Part shown: one piece after another, positions 13,901 to 25,400 of the stretch
How the letters are laid out: each line of letters begins with the position of its first letter
Numbering within the stretch: position 1 is the first letter of the stretch
DNA from: Mytilus edulis
Taxonomy: Eukaryota
NCBI RefSeq assembly: GCF_963676685.1
Contig: NC_092355.1
Location: 48,360,001 to 48,424,000, forward strand
Direction: 5' to 3'
Length of the DNA stretch: 64,000 nucleotides
Program-made: the position numbers and the translations under genes
Notes under the pieces: generated by a model
Told to the model about the DNA's origin: nothing
The model's database searches: none
Seen by the model: the letters and a program-made list of their open reading frames with translations, nothing else

Positions 13901-15147
13901 AAAATAGTTTTTGGCCAATGGAAAGCCTTTTTTTAAGAAGAAAACTAATGACAACACTGGAGTAACATCCCATGGTCTAAACCTTTCCATTTTCTAGAAT
14001 TCTTAATAAACTCTTAATTTAAATAATTTAATGTTACAGGTATCCTTATTAATCAGTCCACCACTAAGGGTCACTTATACATGGTCCCTCAAAATATGAC
14101 GTCATAGAAAAAAACTGTTGATTGCACCCTAAGAAGTGTAAGGTGTTAAGCAATAATCATAAATCCTTTTTGAGATACGGCGGTACATGTGAGAACCCTC
14201 GCCCCCCCCCCTCTTTTCTTTTTTTACAAAAACTCAATAACTCAAAAATAAAATTTTGAATTGTAACCAAAAAGTATACAGATCTTTAGATTAATATAAC
14301 TAAGAAATGTTTTAGCGATAATCATAAATGGCTATTGAGATACGGCGTGACATGTGAAAAAAACACCCCCTTTTTCAGTTACAAAGTCCCGTAATTTTTA
14401 TTTTCACCAAAAAGTATACAGATCGTTTGACCATCATAAAAAACAACTATATTAGGTTTCATGCAATTTGTATAAGTCGTTCTCAGGTTACGGTGTGACA
14501 TGATTACGCCGGACAGACAGATGGACAGACAGACTGACAGATGGTAATTTGTATACCATAATAAATGTAAGTCCCGTCATAGTTTTGACCGGCATATGAA
14601 AACAAACACGTCAGAATTGCCATAACATTCAAGTTACTCCAAAAATTAAACCTGCATTTATTTTGTTGATATTTTAATACCTGGCCTAGCTATAGATGCT
14701 TTTTTGTGATAATATACATGTACATGGTTCTTTTTCCTGGTTTCGTGAAACTACTATTGCACATTCGAATACCGGTAACAAGTAAGAATATACCGATCTT
14801 CTTATGGGACTTTCTTTGTAGTGTTGTTTATATCCTTCCAGATGAACTAGTTACATTGCAGGTTGTGAGTCGGAGTTTTTGTTTTGAACAACTTTTATTT
14901 TTCTTAATTGTCAAATTGAGCAAGAGACAACCCGACCAAAGAACAGACAGCAGCCGAAGGCCACTTATGGGTTTTCAATGCAGCGATAAACTCCTGCACC
15001 CGGATGCGTGCCTCAGCTGGCTCCTTAACAAAAATATATAGTGATTGTTTTACTTGAACATTTGTAATGTCATTTTTTCTTGTATACTTACAGGTCGATT
15101 TTTTATTTTGCCTTTAATAGAGATACTCTAGGGGTATCCCTCGATCT

Positions 15148-15675
15148 CATCTTCGCTAGCCAAGGGTTACGATCCACTCCCGCTCTCTTCACCCTTGGCG
15201 GATTGAGATAAAATTTCGGAGACACAGGGTAAGGATTTTTATTGGTTGCAGTCGAAACTTGCTGCATCCAATCAAAAAGCGCCTTTAACATGATCACCTG
15301 TAAATGTGGAAAGTGTTTGTAAACAATTGCCACGTGTTTATTGTGCTACAAGTCTTTACATCCCTAAAAATACGACTATATTTAGTGACAACTTGAATGT
15401 TTTTAATCAACTAATAGAAGTTCCTGTGTATGTTTCATGCACAAATGCATGAATGTTGACGTATATTTTCGTTTCCGGCTTTACCAAGTGTGTAGAATCT
15501 GGACACTACCGTCTTTTTACCTTCGAATTGAAGAGTTCAAGTGCTACCATTGGTCAAGAATAATGTATTTGGAATGGGCGTGACTTAAATCTTCCGGCAG
15601 GTGGCGAAACATTGTTTTCACAAATGTTGGCTCAATCCGCCAAGGGTGGATCGTAACCCTTGGCTAGCGAAGATG
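15148..15675. mobile_element. 528-bp MITE with long TIRs and a 10-bp TSD
   Basis: TIR catcttcgctagccaagggttacgatccac at both ends; ccctcgatct at 15138-15147 and 15676-15685. Confidence 0.85.
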
Positions 15676-15764
15676 CCCTCGATCTAAGTTGCAAAATTCC
15701 TGAATTTGTGTTTATTTCAAATACAATATAGAGATCTATATAATAGGACAAACAATATACAATC

Positions 15765-15892
15765 AATGGGGCGTCGGACTAATGGGGTGTCGGACAAATG
15801 GGGAGTCGGACCAGTGGGGTGTCGGACCAATGGGGTGTCGGACTAGTGGGGTGTCGGACCAATGGCGTGTCGGACTAACGGGGTGTTGGAAC
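15765..15892. repeat. 16-bp G-rich minisatellite (aatggggtgtcggacc) x8
   Basis: Eight consecutive units visible. Confidence 0.9.
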
Positions 15893-16197
15893 ATCGAGGC
15901 TGCCCCTTATTTAGACTATAATTAACTTCTATTGCATGCTTTGTCCATTGATCATGACAGATGTCTTTCAGTTTCAGTCCGAGTTTGAGTGATCTACTGA
16001 AGTAAATAACTCGTTCACCGATGAAAGGAATCAAACGATTCATGGTTTTTGTATCCTTTTACTGATATTACTGAGTGATGTCTGATGTCAGTGATAATCA
16101 ATGAAAAGTAAAATGCTGAACTAAATATTAGTCAGTGATTGACAAATAATAAGTTATTTTTCAGGAAAGTTACAGCATCGTTTTTTAATATACTTAC

Positions 16198-16266
16198 TCC
16201 ATCATCAAGGAAATCAAGATATTCTCTCTGTATTTCTATTATTCGCTGATCTATTTCTGCTGCCAT
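16198..16266 (-). CDS. MCM3: DNA replication licensing factor MCM3, first coding exon only; remainder apparently beyond the left edge
   Basis: MAAEIDQRIIEIQREYLDFLDDG followed by a GTAAGT donor matches the MCM3 N-terminal motif QR(D/E)YLDFLDD; E2F site upstream. No exon 2 found by eye in 1-16197. Confidence 0.85.
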
Positions 16267-16462
16267 TTTCCTCGACAATGTTATTTTCCTAGGTTCTTGT
16301 TTCTTTGTGGAGGTAATGCTGTAATTTCCCGCCGTTCATGTCACATGGGAGTTATTTTTAGTATATTTATTCCACGTGGTTTCCGTTCGTAACTTCTCTA
16401 TCTTTTTGTGAAACTGAAAGTAGATTTTTCTGTCTTTCTTTTAAAAATCGTTGGAAAATGTA
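16267..16462. promoter_or_regulatory. Bidirectional promoter MCM3/TSEN34 with E2F site (TTTCCCGCC 16325-16333) and E-box (CCACGTGG 16372-16379)
   Basis: Divergent ATGs at 16266 and 16463 are 196 bp apart; motifs read directly. Confidence 0.7.
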
Positions 16463-19400
16463 ATGTCTGATCGTTGCAGAATCAAAATATATTTACAGAA
16501 CCAAAATGTATTTGTATGGAGTGCTAAAGGTATTGAAATAACATCGTGAAAAGTGAAATTAAAAAAAAAACCCACCAAAACACCATAGGCATAGGTGCCA
16601 AAAAAGTATAAATTATTTTGTAGTCTTGCACTATAAAATAATGGTATACAAATCCTTGCTATAATTAAATTGAAAGTAAGGACTGGAACCAATAAATCTA
16701 TCATGCATTAGAACTCAGCTATTAAGATTGCAGAGGAAATATGTAAAATTCCAAGAAGATAAGCCAAAAGTGAACAAGACACCAACACAACAAAAACAAC
16801 AAAAACAAGGCAAACTTTTCATGTTTGTTTCCCCCCAAATGAGTCTCTAACGCCTCTAGAAGTATGGGGCATTTCATTTATACAAATTTTGCTGTTGGCA
16901 ATAACAAGTTTGGAAAAGAAATACCACTATATTAGCTGCGGAACCGTAGCTCTTAGGTCCTTATGTTATTTTTCGACTATTTGCGGACATGCGGAACCAT
17001 AGCTTCCGCAGCTACCACTATATCAGCTAGTCTATATCTTTTCTGGTTGAGTCTTAGTCCAAATAATAATGAGGGGGGGATAGGGGGTCTGTTAACATGT
17101 TAACAAATTACCTCAATTTTGGCAAAAACAGTTAACAAAAATTGCAAAAATGCTGATAACAGTTAACAAAGTGGGTTGAAAACAGTTAACAGCTTAAATT
17201 GATCTCAGATAACAGTTAACAACACCTTTAAAAGTGCCATAACACGTTAACACAAAAAGGTATTTCCCAAAATATTTTATAGATTCTTGTACATCACAGC
17301 TTGACCTCCAAAACTGTGTCTCAGATTTCCAAAATCATCAATAGAACAAATTTTATATCCAATTGAATTTAGTGATCTCTTATGAATTGATGTTGCAAAC
17401 TTCATTGAAGATTTATGAGAGAATGAAATACAATAGGAAAAATCTGAGACATAGTTTTGGAGGTCAAACTGTGTTGTGCAAGAATCTATAAAATATTTTG
17501 GGATGCAATATAACAAAGAAGCTAAATTCATTCAAGTATGGACATCACAATATAGCAACTAATTACATAACAATTAATTATGTACGGTAATAATTATGTC
17601 ATAATGAAATTATCACAATTTGAAAGATTAATCATTCTTCTTTCTTTTGGTACCTCATTTATAAAATTTAAAGAAGGATCAGGGGTTAAAAATTTTTGTT
17701 ACAGCTAACTAGCCCAGGACTTATTGGCAGCAGGATTTTACTAGCTCTGTTGGAAGAACTGCTAGTCCATCAAAACTGACCTGCTAGCCCTAGTATGCCT
17801 TAAAAATCAAGAGTTTGCTGCAAAATACAAAGTGGGTGTCCTTTGTTTTGAAGGAGACATTATACACTGTATTTAATCATTTTTGTTGATCTGTTGTTTA
17901 TTCTTTTGGTGCTTAACCTAACTCAGTTGTTCCCATATTCAAAGCAGACTTTTTTTTTGCATGTTTGGCGCAACTAACGGCAATATTCACAGAGCATTGT
18001 CTGTCTTTTCATCAGCAACAGCCAACCTTGCCAGGGGAATCATTGTGTCCCAGTTCTGCCAACTTTTCAGGAAGTGAATGCGTGATTTTTTGGCCAAATT
18101 GTAAAGATGAAAGAGAAAAAACAATAGTTCAAAGGAAAATGCCGCCAAATAAGCATGAACATGTTTGAGTCTCGCGCTAAAGACTTGGCAGCCCTTCTGT
18201 CCTGGACACCATTAATTTTTTTCCGCGGCTTTTCCCTGTCGTATTTAGCATTTTTGTGGGATGAATTTTCAGCCTCGTTACTCCTTTCATCTACCGTTTT
18301 TCGTTTTGAAACTGACGAAGTTCCTTGGGTTCCCGTACTAAAATATTAAGAAATATTTTGTTGCATGGTTTCGTGCTCAAGAGCTGTGCAACAAAACAGG
18401 TCAATACCAATCAATACATCATACCCCCAAATACCGTTAATTGAAAATATCGGCACGATAAGCAATGTACAATACCCCAAGCCATGGTATGAGAAATCGA
18501 TATTTAAAGTACGAGAATTGCGATCAACACATGATACCAGGCCACCCAGACATGCCAGAGTTATTTGTTCTATTTTTAAAATATGTACAACAGGACCTGT
18601 ACAAACCAGTTCAATTCTTGGAATCCCAGAGGATTTAATTTAATCGAATTGGCTAACAGAGAATAGTGATGAAGGGATTTTTTTTTTATTTTGGAAACGT
18701 CAAGAAGTATTTTTTTACTAGTCCGTCGGGCATATCAGATTACACATTTTAATTGCCCGAGGTGTAAATGATCTAGTCCCGGGCGTCGGGCTAGTGGATT
18801 TTTTAACCCCTGAAGGATGAGTGGAATTACATCAGTTTAAAGATGTCTGATTGCAGGGATGATTCCAGGTGTTTTTAAATGGGTCCCTTGAATATCAAAT
18901 TGGGAATTTTTATCCCAATTGGGATTTTTTTATGCATACAATCTAAGACGAAATAATATCATTTTCCTGTAAAAACGGAAAATGAATATTAAGTTAATTT
19001 CACCTGTATACTGATTGAAGAAATTATTGGATTCAGACTAGGGAAGTTGTAATACATGAATATCATTGCATATGATGCACTATCATCTTAACTTTGGTAA
19101 ACGAGGCCTATTACAAAAACATATATACCACAACTCGAGTACCAGCTGACATAAACCTATGGCAAGCCGTTTAGCTATTTATTCGAATTTCAAATTATCT
19201 CATAATATATAAGATATCTTATGTAATATATAAGATATCTCATATAATATATAAGATATATTGAAGATATCTTGAAGTATATGAAATATCTTACAAATAT
19301 GTTTTGTATAAGATATCTTCATGATCTTATATAATTTGGATATCATATTAAGAAAATCATATGAAATATCGTATAATTTATATACGATATCTTTAATAAT

Positions 19401-22400
19401 ATAGAAGATATCAAATATCGATTTTAAAATATATATCTTACATATACATTATATAAGATATCTTACAAATATACTTTATATAAGATATCTTACAAATATA
19501 CTTTATATAAGATATCTTACAAATTTACTTTATATAAGATATCTTATATAGTTTATAAGATATCTAATATAATTTATAAGATATCTGATAAAGAAAATTA
19601 TATGAGATATCTTATAAACTATAAGATATCTCATAAATTATTTAAGATATATCGTGAACTATATAAGATATCTTATAAACTTTATAAGATATATTTCAAA
19701 CTATATCAAATATCTGATGAACTATTATATAAGATATCTGATAAAGTTTATGAGATATCTTGAAATTAGATTAAATAGCAAAACGGCTTGCCATATTAAC
19801 CACTGAAATAAATCACCCATTGGGTAATTTTTCAACAGATCATCTTTATAAACTTACCTTGATTTAAATGTACTATTTCAAATAGAACTGGCCAACTGTC
19901 GAATTTAGAAAAGCAATTACAAAAGTATATATATTTAATTGATAAGATATTTAAAGCAATTGAACCAGTGAACTTTAAAATTATTTGGATTATTTACATA
20001 TCTTTTGCAACAGTTCCAAAATGATGACATCGTATTTCAGGGGGGTCTCATTTCACGAATGGTCTATCATCAACAATATTTTCAAAAACGCTCAAACTTT
20101 TGTCTTTTGCGGAAAAAAGAGCAAAATATAAAAAAAAATCTTTTACAAAACAAGTTTTAACCACATTACATAACCGGCTCTTCTGGGTAATCTGCTTTTA
20201 CCATTAAAATTCATTCATCAATGTTCTATCAAAATTTGAATTTGCTCTTTGCCAAGGTCTGTTTTGACACCCATTTTGACAAAAAGCATATTTTTGATCA
20301 ACGTGCTGAGCAATCTACTTTTACGAAACCAAATTCTCCCATAACATTTTAACTTCAATTGAATCCGGCCGCCAAAATTGTTTACCTAATGTTGACATAA
20401 TTAAATTAAATCGTTGTTAATAAAATGCGATCATAGTCAGCATTCTTATCCGGATTTTACAACATTTTGACGACAAATTATGAAAAATTATAGTTGCCGT
20501 AATCGGTGAATTACCGATTTTTGTTTTATTTTCCTGAATTGGGAATTAATATTTACAAACAATTTTTGGGGGCCGCTGGCCAATTTAAGGGCCGTTAAGC
20601 GGCCCTAAACTATATAGTGGAATCATCCCTGGATTGGGGATGAAAAATATTTGTATTGTGCTAATTGTTGACACTTCCTCACTAAAAGTACCAGAAACAA
20701 TTATGATTGAACAACAACAGTATCATGAATATCTATTCTTGGAAACTGTAATAAAGATGGTAATTAAACTACATTGTGGCTATGTGAATCACTAAATAAA
20801 ATGTTTAATGGAAGAATGTCATAAGAGGTATTTCTTCAAATAAGAATTGTGTTTTTAAACTATATATATATACCCTTCAGACACCTTGATTTTGTTTAAT
20901 GAAATGATTTTTCAGTTATTTGTATATAGAGACTTTAGGCTTTGAAGAATTTTTCATTTTTTTTTCACATTTAATGATATTGTTATCCCTTGACGTTTTA
21001 TAGTTTTCGTATAGATACTATATGGAATGGGCATAATGATTTTGACTTTTCACAGATTGATATGAATTGGTGCATGATATTATTTCCATATACATGAGAA
21101 ACACATATATGCCATCAATTTATTATGTGTGATAACGTTAACATCTTATCTCAAAATAAGTTTTTAACCAGATGAAGACACCATTTCCAACTTATAAATA
21201 ATAAAATTAAGCAGTAATAACTTGACAATTTACTGAAAAAAAAATCTTGGTGTTATTGTTAAAAGCATTTATTTCAGTGTCATAGTACATTCAGCAGCTC
21301 TATTATTGTATAAATTTAAACTGATTTGAGACAAATGTAACATTGATTGACCCTTGTCATTTCACATTTGATTGGGTTGATGATTTATAACATTTTGTAC
21401 CTTGATAGATTCTGTGACATTGAGGGAGGAATGGAGAATTGTTGGATCATTGGTGGGATGTCTTCCACGTTTACCTCGACAGAACAACCAACTTGGGCTA
21501 CCTTTACAGTTACTTCCAGAGGAAACCACAATGTTACTACAAAAAGGTATTACATTAAGCAAATAAACCCCACGATAGTTCAGAGTTCTTATTCAGTGAT
21601 TTGAAAAATTTATTCTCATTGAATGATTTTATAGGTTTTGAATAGTAAAATTCATGTTTCTACATCTTGGAGTCTGGTTAGTATTCCAGTGATTTTACAA
21701 CCCTCTTATTTGGGTCCGAATATGGGCCCCTGTCTCAATGAGAAATATGTTCTTTTTTCCAATTTTCAGCTCTAAAATTCTCAATTGTATATAGACATCA
21801 TTGTAAGGTTTTGTTGGTGTCTTAATGTGGTATTTTGTTTAAAAATCTCTTGAAATTGTCCACAATTTATGCAATTAAAACTTATTCCTTCTCAGAATGC
21901 AGAATTTTGCTCTTAATTTTTCAAAATTTTCTTTGGGACCAAATTGCACGTGGCTGGTGCGAACTAATATATTTTCCGCAAATCCAACATTTCACGAACT
22001 TATATTCCCAATTCCATGGGCCCTGGGCCCCTTCCCTTAAACATAAGGAAAATCACTGTATTCAGTTTGTCAAGCTCTGTTCAATTTTAAAGTAATATAC
22101 AACTGATGACATTATACCTTTTGACTCAAAGCAGTTGTAATGTCATGACTGCATTTGAAAATATATTATCATGAACAATGAGCTGTATAGAAATGTTTAT
22201 CAATCTAATACATATAGAATAAAGACATTTTTGTTTTTGTAACTGACTTTATTAACAAGAATATCAAGCAAGCCAGCTAGGGTATAACTGTATTTATTTT
22301 GGGTTGAAATAAAATGAAATAGTTAGTAAAACTACTGTAACACGTACAAAATGTGGGGATAGTTGTTTGATTGTATGATTGTATGAATGATGAATGAAGT

Positions 22401-25400
22401 CGCATGCATTTCATTGATAAATTTACGCAGATGGCCTTGAACACAGGACATTGCAGCACTTATACATGACATCAGTATCAAATCCTGTCCATGATCTGAA
22501 AAACATTAGGCAGTATGATCAAAGGGAAAATGTACAAATTACTGATAAAATGTTTAATAACAGCAAATGTGCATGCATTTTTATTTGATCATTGAAGGTG
22601 TGTGTCTGTTGGTAAAACCAAAAGAAAACTTACTGGAGTCAACACCTGAACAGGTCAAAGAGCATGAAAAACTAAGATCAGATTTGTACAAGGAGCAGGT
22701 AACCATATAAATGGAAAATTGATACATTGTAATCTATGAAAACTGGAACTTTTTTTTCAGGGCATACTGTTTGAAAACATTTAGTTCAAAACATGAAATG
22801 CTTTCATTTTTAACCATAAATCTTTGACAGCATGAAAAAAACCATGTCTAATTTTTATACACCTCTCTACAAGACATATTATGTTATGCTGTCAGTCAGG
22901 GGTACTACTTATATAAGTAATTTTTATGCTCCACCTATGATAGTAGAGGGGCATTATGTTTTCTGGTCTGTGCGTCTGTTGGTCCGTCCGTTCGTTCGTC
23001 CGTCTGTCCCGCTTCAGGTTAAAGTTTTTGGTCAAGGTAGTTTTTGATGAAGTTGAAGTCCAATCAACTTGAAACCTAGTACACATGTTCCTTATGATAT
23101 GATCTTTCTAATTTTAAAGCCAAATTAAACTTTTGAGCCCAATTTCACGGTCCACTGAACATAGAAAATGAAAGTGCATGTTTCAGGTTAAAGTTTTTGG
23201 TCAAGGTAGTTTTTGATGAAGTTGAAGTCCATTCAACTTGAAACTTAGTACACATGTTCCTTATGATATGATCTTTCTAATTTTCAAGCCAAATTAAACT
23301 TTTGACCCCAATTTCACAGTCCACTGAACATAGAAAATGAAAGTGCATGTTTCAGGTTAAAGTTTTTGGTCAAGGTAGTTTTTGATGAAGTTGAAGTCCA
23401 ATCAACTTGAAACTTAGTACACATGTTCCCTATGATATTATCTTTCTAATTTTAATGCCTAATTATATTTTTTATCCAATTTCGCGGTCCATTGAACATG
23501 GAAAATGATAGTGCCAGTGGGGCATCCGTGTACTTTGGACACATTCTTGTTTTCATAAATTTCTGTTATGTGTGGAACTTTACATTTTTAACCAGATTTT
23601 TGTGACAAAAATGTCGCTTATTGATTTGGGGATGTACGGCGGGTGGCTGGGCGGTCGGTCGGGCGGCGGCAACCAAATGTTGTCTGTGCATTTACTCATG
23701 ATCCGTTCAACCAAAGCTTTTCAAATTTAAATATGTTGTTACTGATGACAAAATGGAGGTCAAGTTCAATAATGTAGATTTTGACTTTTACCATTCAGGA
23801 GTTATGGTTCTTGAAAGATTGAAAAATGGCATTTCCATTCATGTTGTTGCATTTACCCATGAACCATTCAACCTAAGCTTTTCAAATTTTAATATGTTGA
23901 TACTGATGACAAAATGGAGGTCAAATTTGATATTGACGATTTTCACTTTCACCATTCATCAGTTATGGTTCTTGTGATTTGGCAGGACACAAATAAATGT
24001 TAATAAATCCGATAGCTGTCGTTGTGACAGCCTCTTGTTTGTATATAGTCTGACAACAGACCTCTGCAGTTGTATCAAGCTGCGCTCAGCGAAGCGGTTT
24101 ATTTGTTGTAGGAGTACTTGTAATACTAGAGATTTTGTAAAAGTATTACAATAAATCTATGAAATTTAAAAACAAGGTTTATAACCACAAAAAGGGAGGT
24201 TGGGATTGAATTTTGGGGGTTATGGTCCTATAAGAATAACGAATAAGTAGCCAAAAAAGTCCCAAATAAGCATTTTTCTTGTTTTCATATAATAACTTTT
24301 GGAACTTCCGAACAGTGTATGGATCTCCCTGAAATAATACCATAAGTTTCCATACCAGAAAGGGATGGCTAGGATTGGCTTCAGGGGGTTATGGCTCAAA
24401 CTGTTAAGGAAATTCAGTAAAAAAAAAGGGTGCTCTGGTTAATAAACAATTACTTGAGTACAATATCATGTTTGAACTACCTGCCTTACACTGCTTTTAA
24501 ATTATGTATAAAGAAATGTATTGTTTTGAGGTTATTAGCTGTCAATTTATTTTTAGTTAGTTACTAATATTTAAGCCTTCAGTCATGTTTAAACAGTTTG
24601 GTGATCGAATTCCTAAACCATCTAATGTTTTACACCAAATTAATACTCCATCTTGGCTTAAATGATGAATAGCATGATTTGTCCCATCAGAAACTAGAAT
24701 AGAGCCAGTTGAAGTTATTTCAACATCCCTTGGAAAAATATTTTCAAAAATTTCATTTCCAGCATAGATCCAATTAAGATTTCCTGTCCAGTTAATTGAT
24801 ACTAATCTCCCTTCTGATGAAATGCTTACTAAATCAACAATGTAAATATTTTTTTCACTATCGGTCTTGATTCGTATTGGCCGAGTAAAAAGCTTTTTAT
24901 TGTCTGTATCTAATTCATGCACATTTTCAACTTTCCCCCTGGTACTAAGAACTATAATTCTACTAACACTGTTAACTTTTGAAGTTATAAAAGACTCTGA
25001 CTCTACTATCCCAACTAAAACATAATTATTCTTGCTTACATGGACACCTAATGTTATAAACGGTGAAAAGGAATAAAATGTTTTAATATCACTGAGGTCA
25101 CTAAGTTGTAATATTTTCAAATCAAATCCCTTCTCTGAGACAATTATGTTTGTGCCATTTTGCATCATAGCCATGTCATACACTGTTTTGCTGGTCTCAG
25201 TATCAACGCTTATACAGTCATCTGATATCCTTACTTTCTGCAGTTTATCTTCAACCAATCTTGCCATGACAGCAGAACTATTATCCACTAACAAAATTTA
25301 TGATGTCCAGGAGGTTGTGCTGGTTTCATAAGTATTCATCAGTTCAAATTTTGGACCTGAGTAGATATGACCAAAAATACTATAAATAGCACTATCTGAA

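Noticed and set aside
17965-18643. Short ORFs in the duplicated 1.1-kb element (also 30806-31461)
   Set aside because: Frames are not conserved between the two copies and show no recognisable domain.
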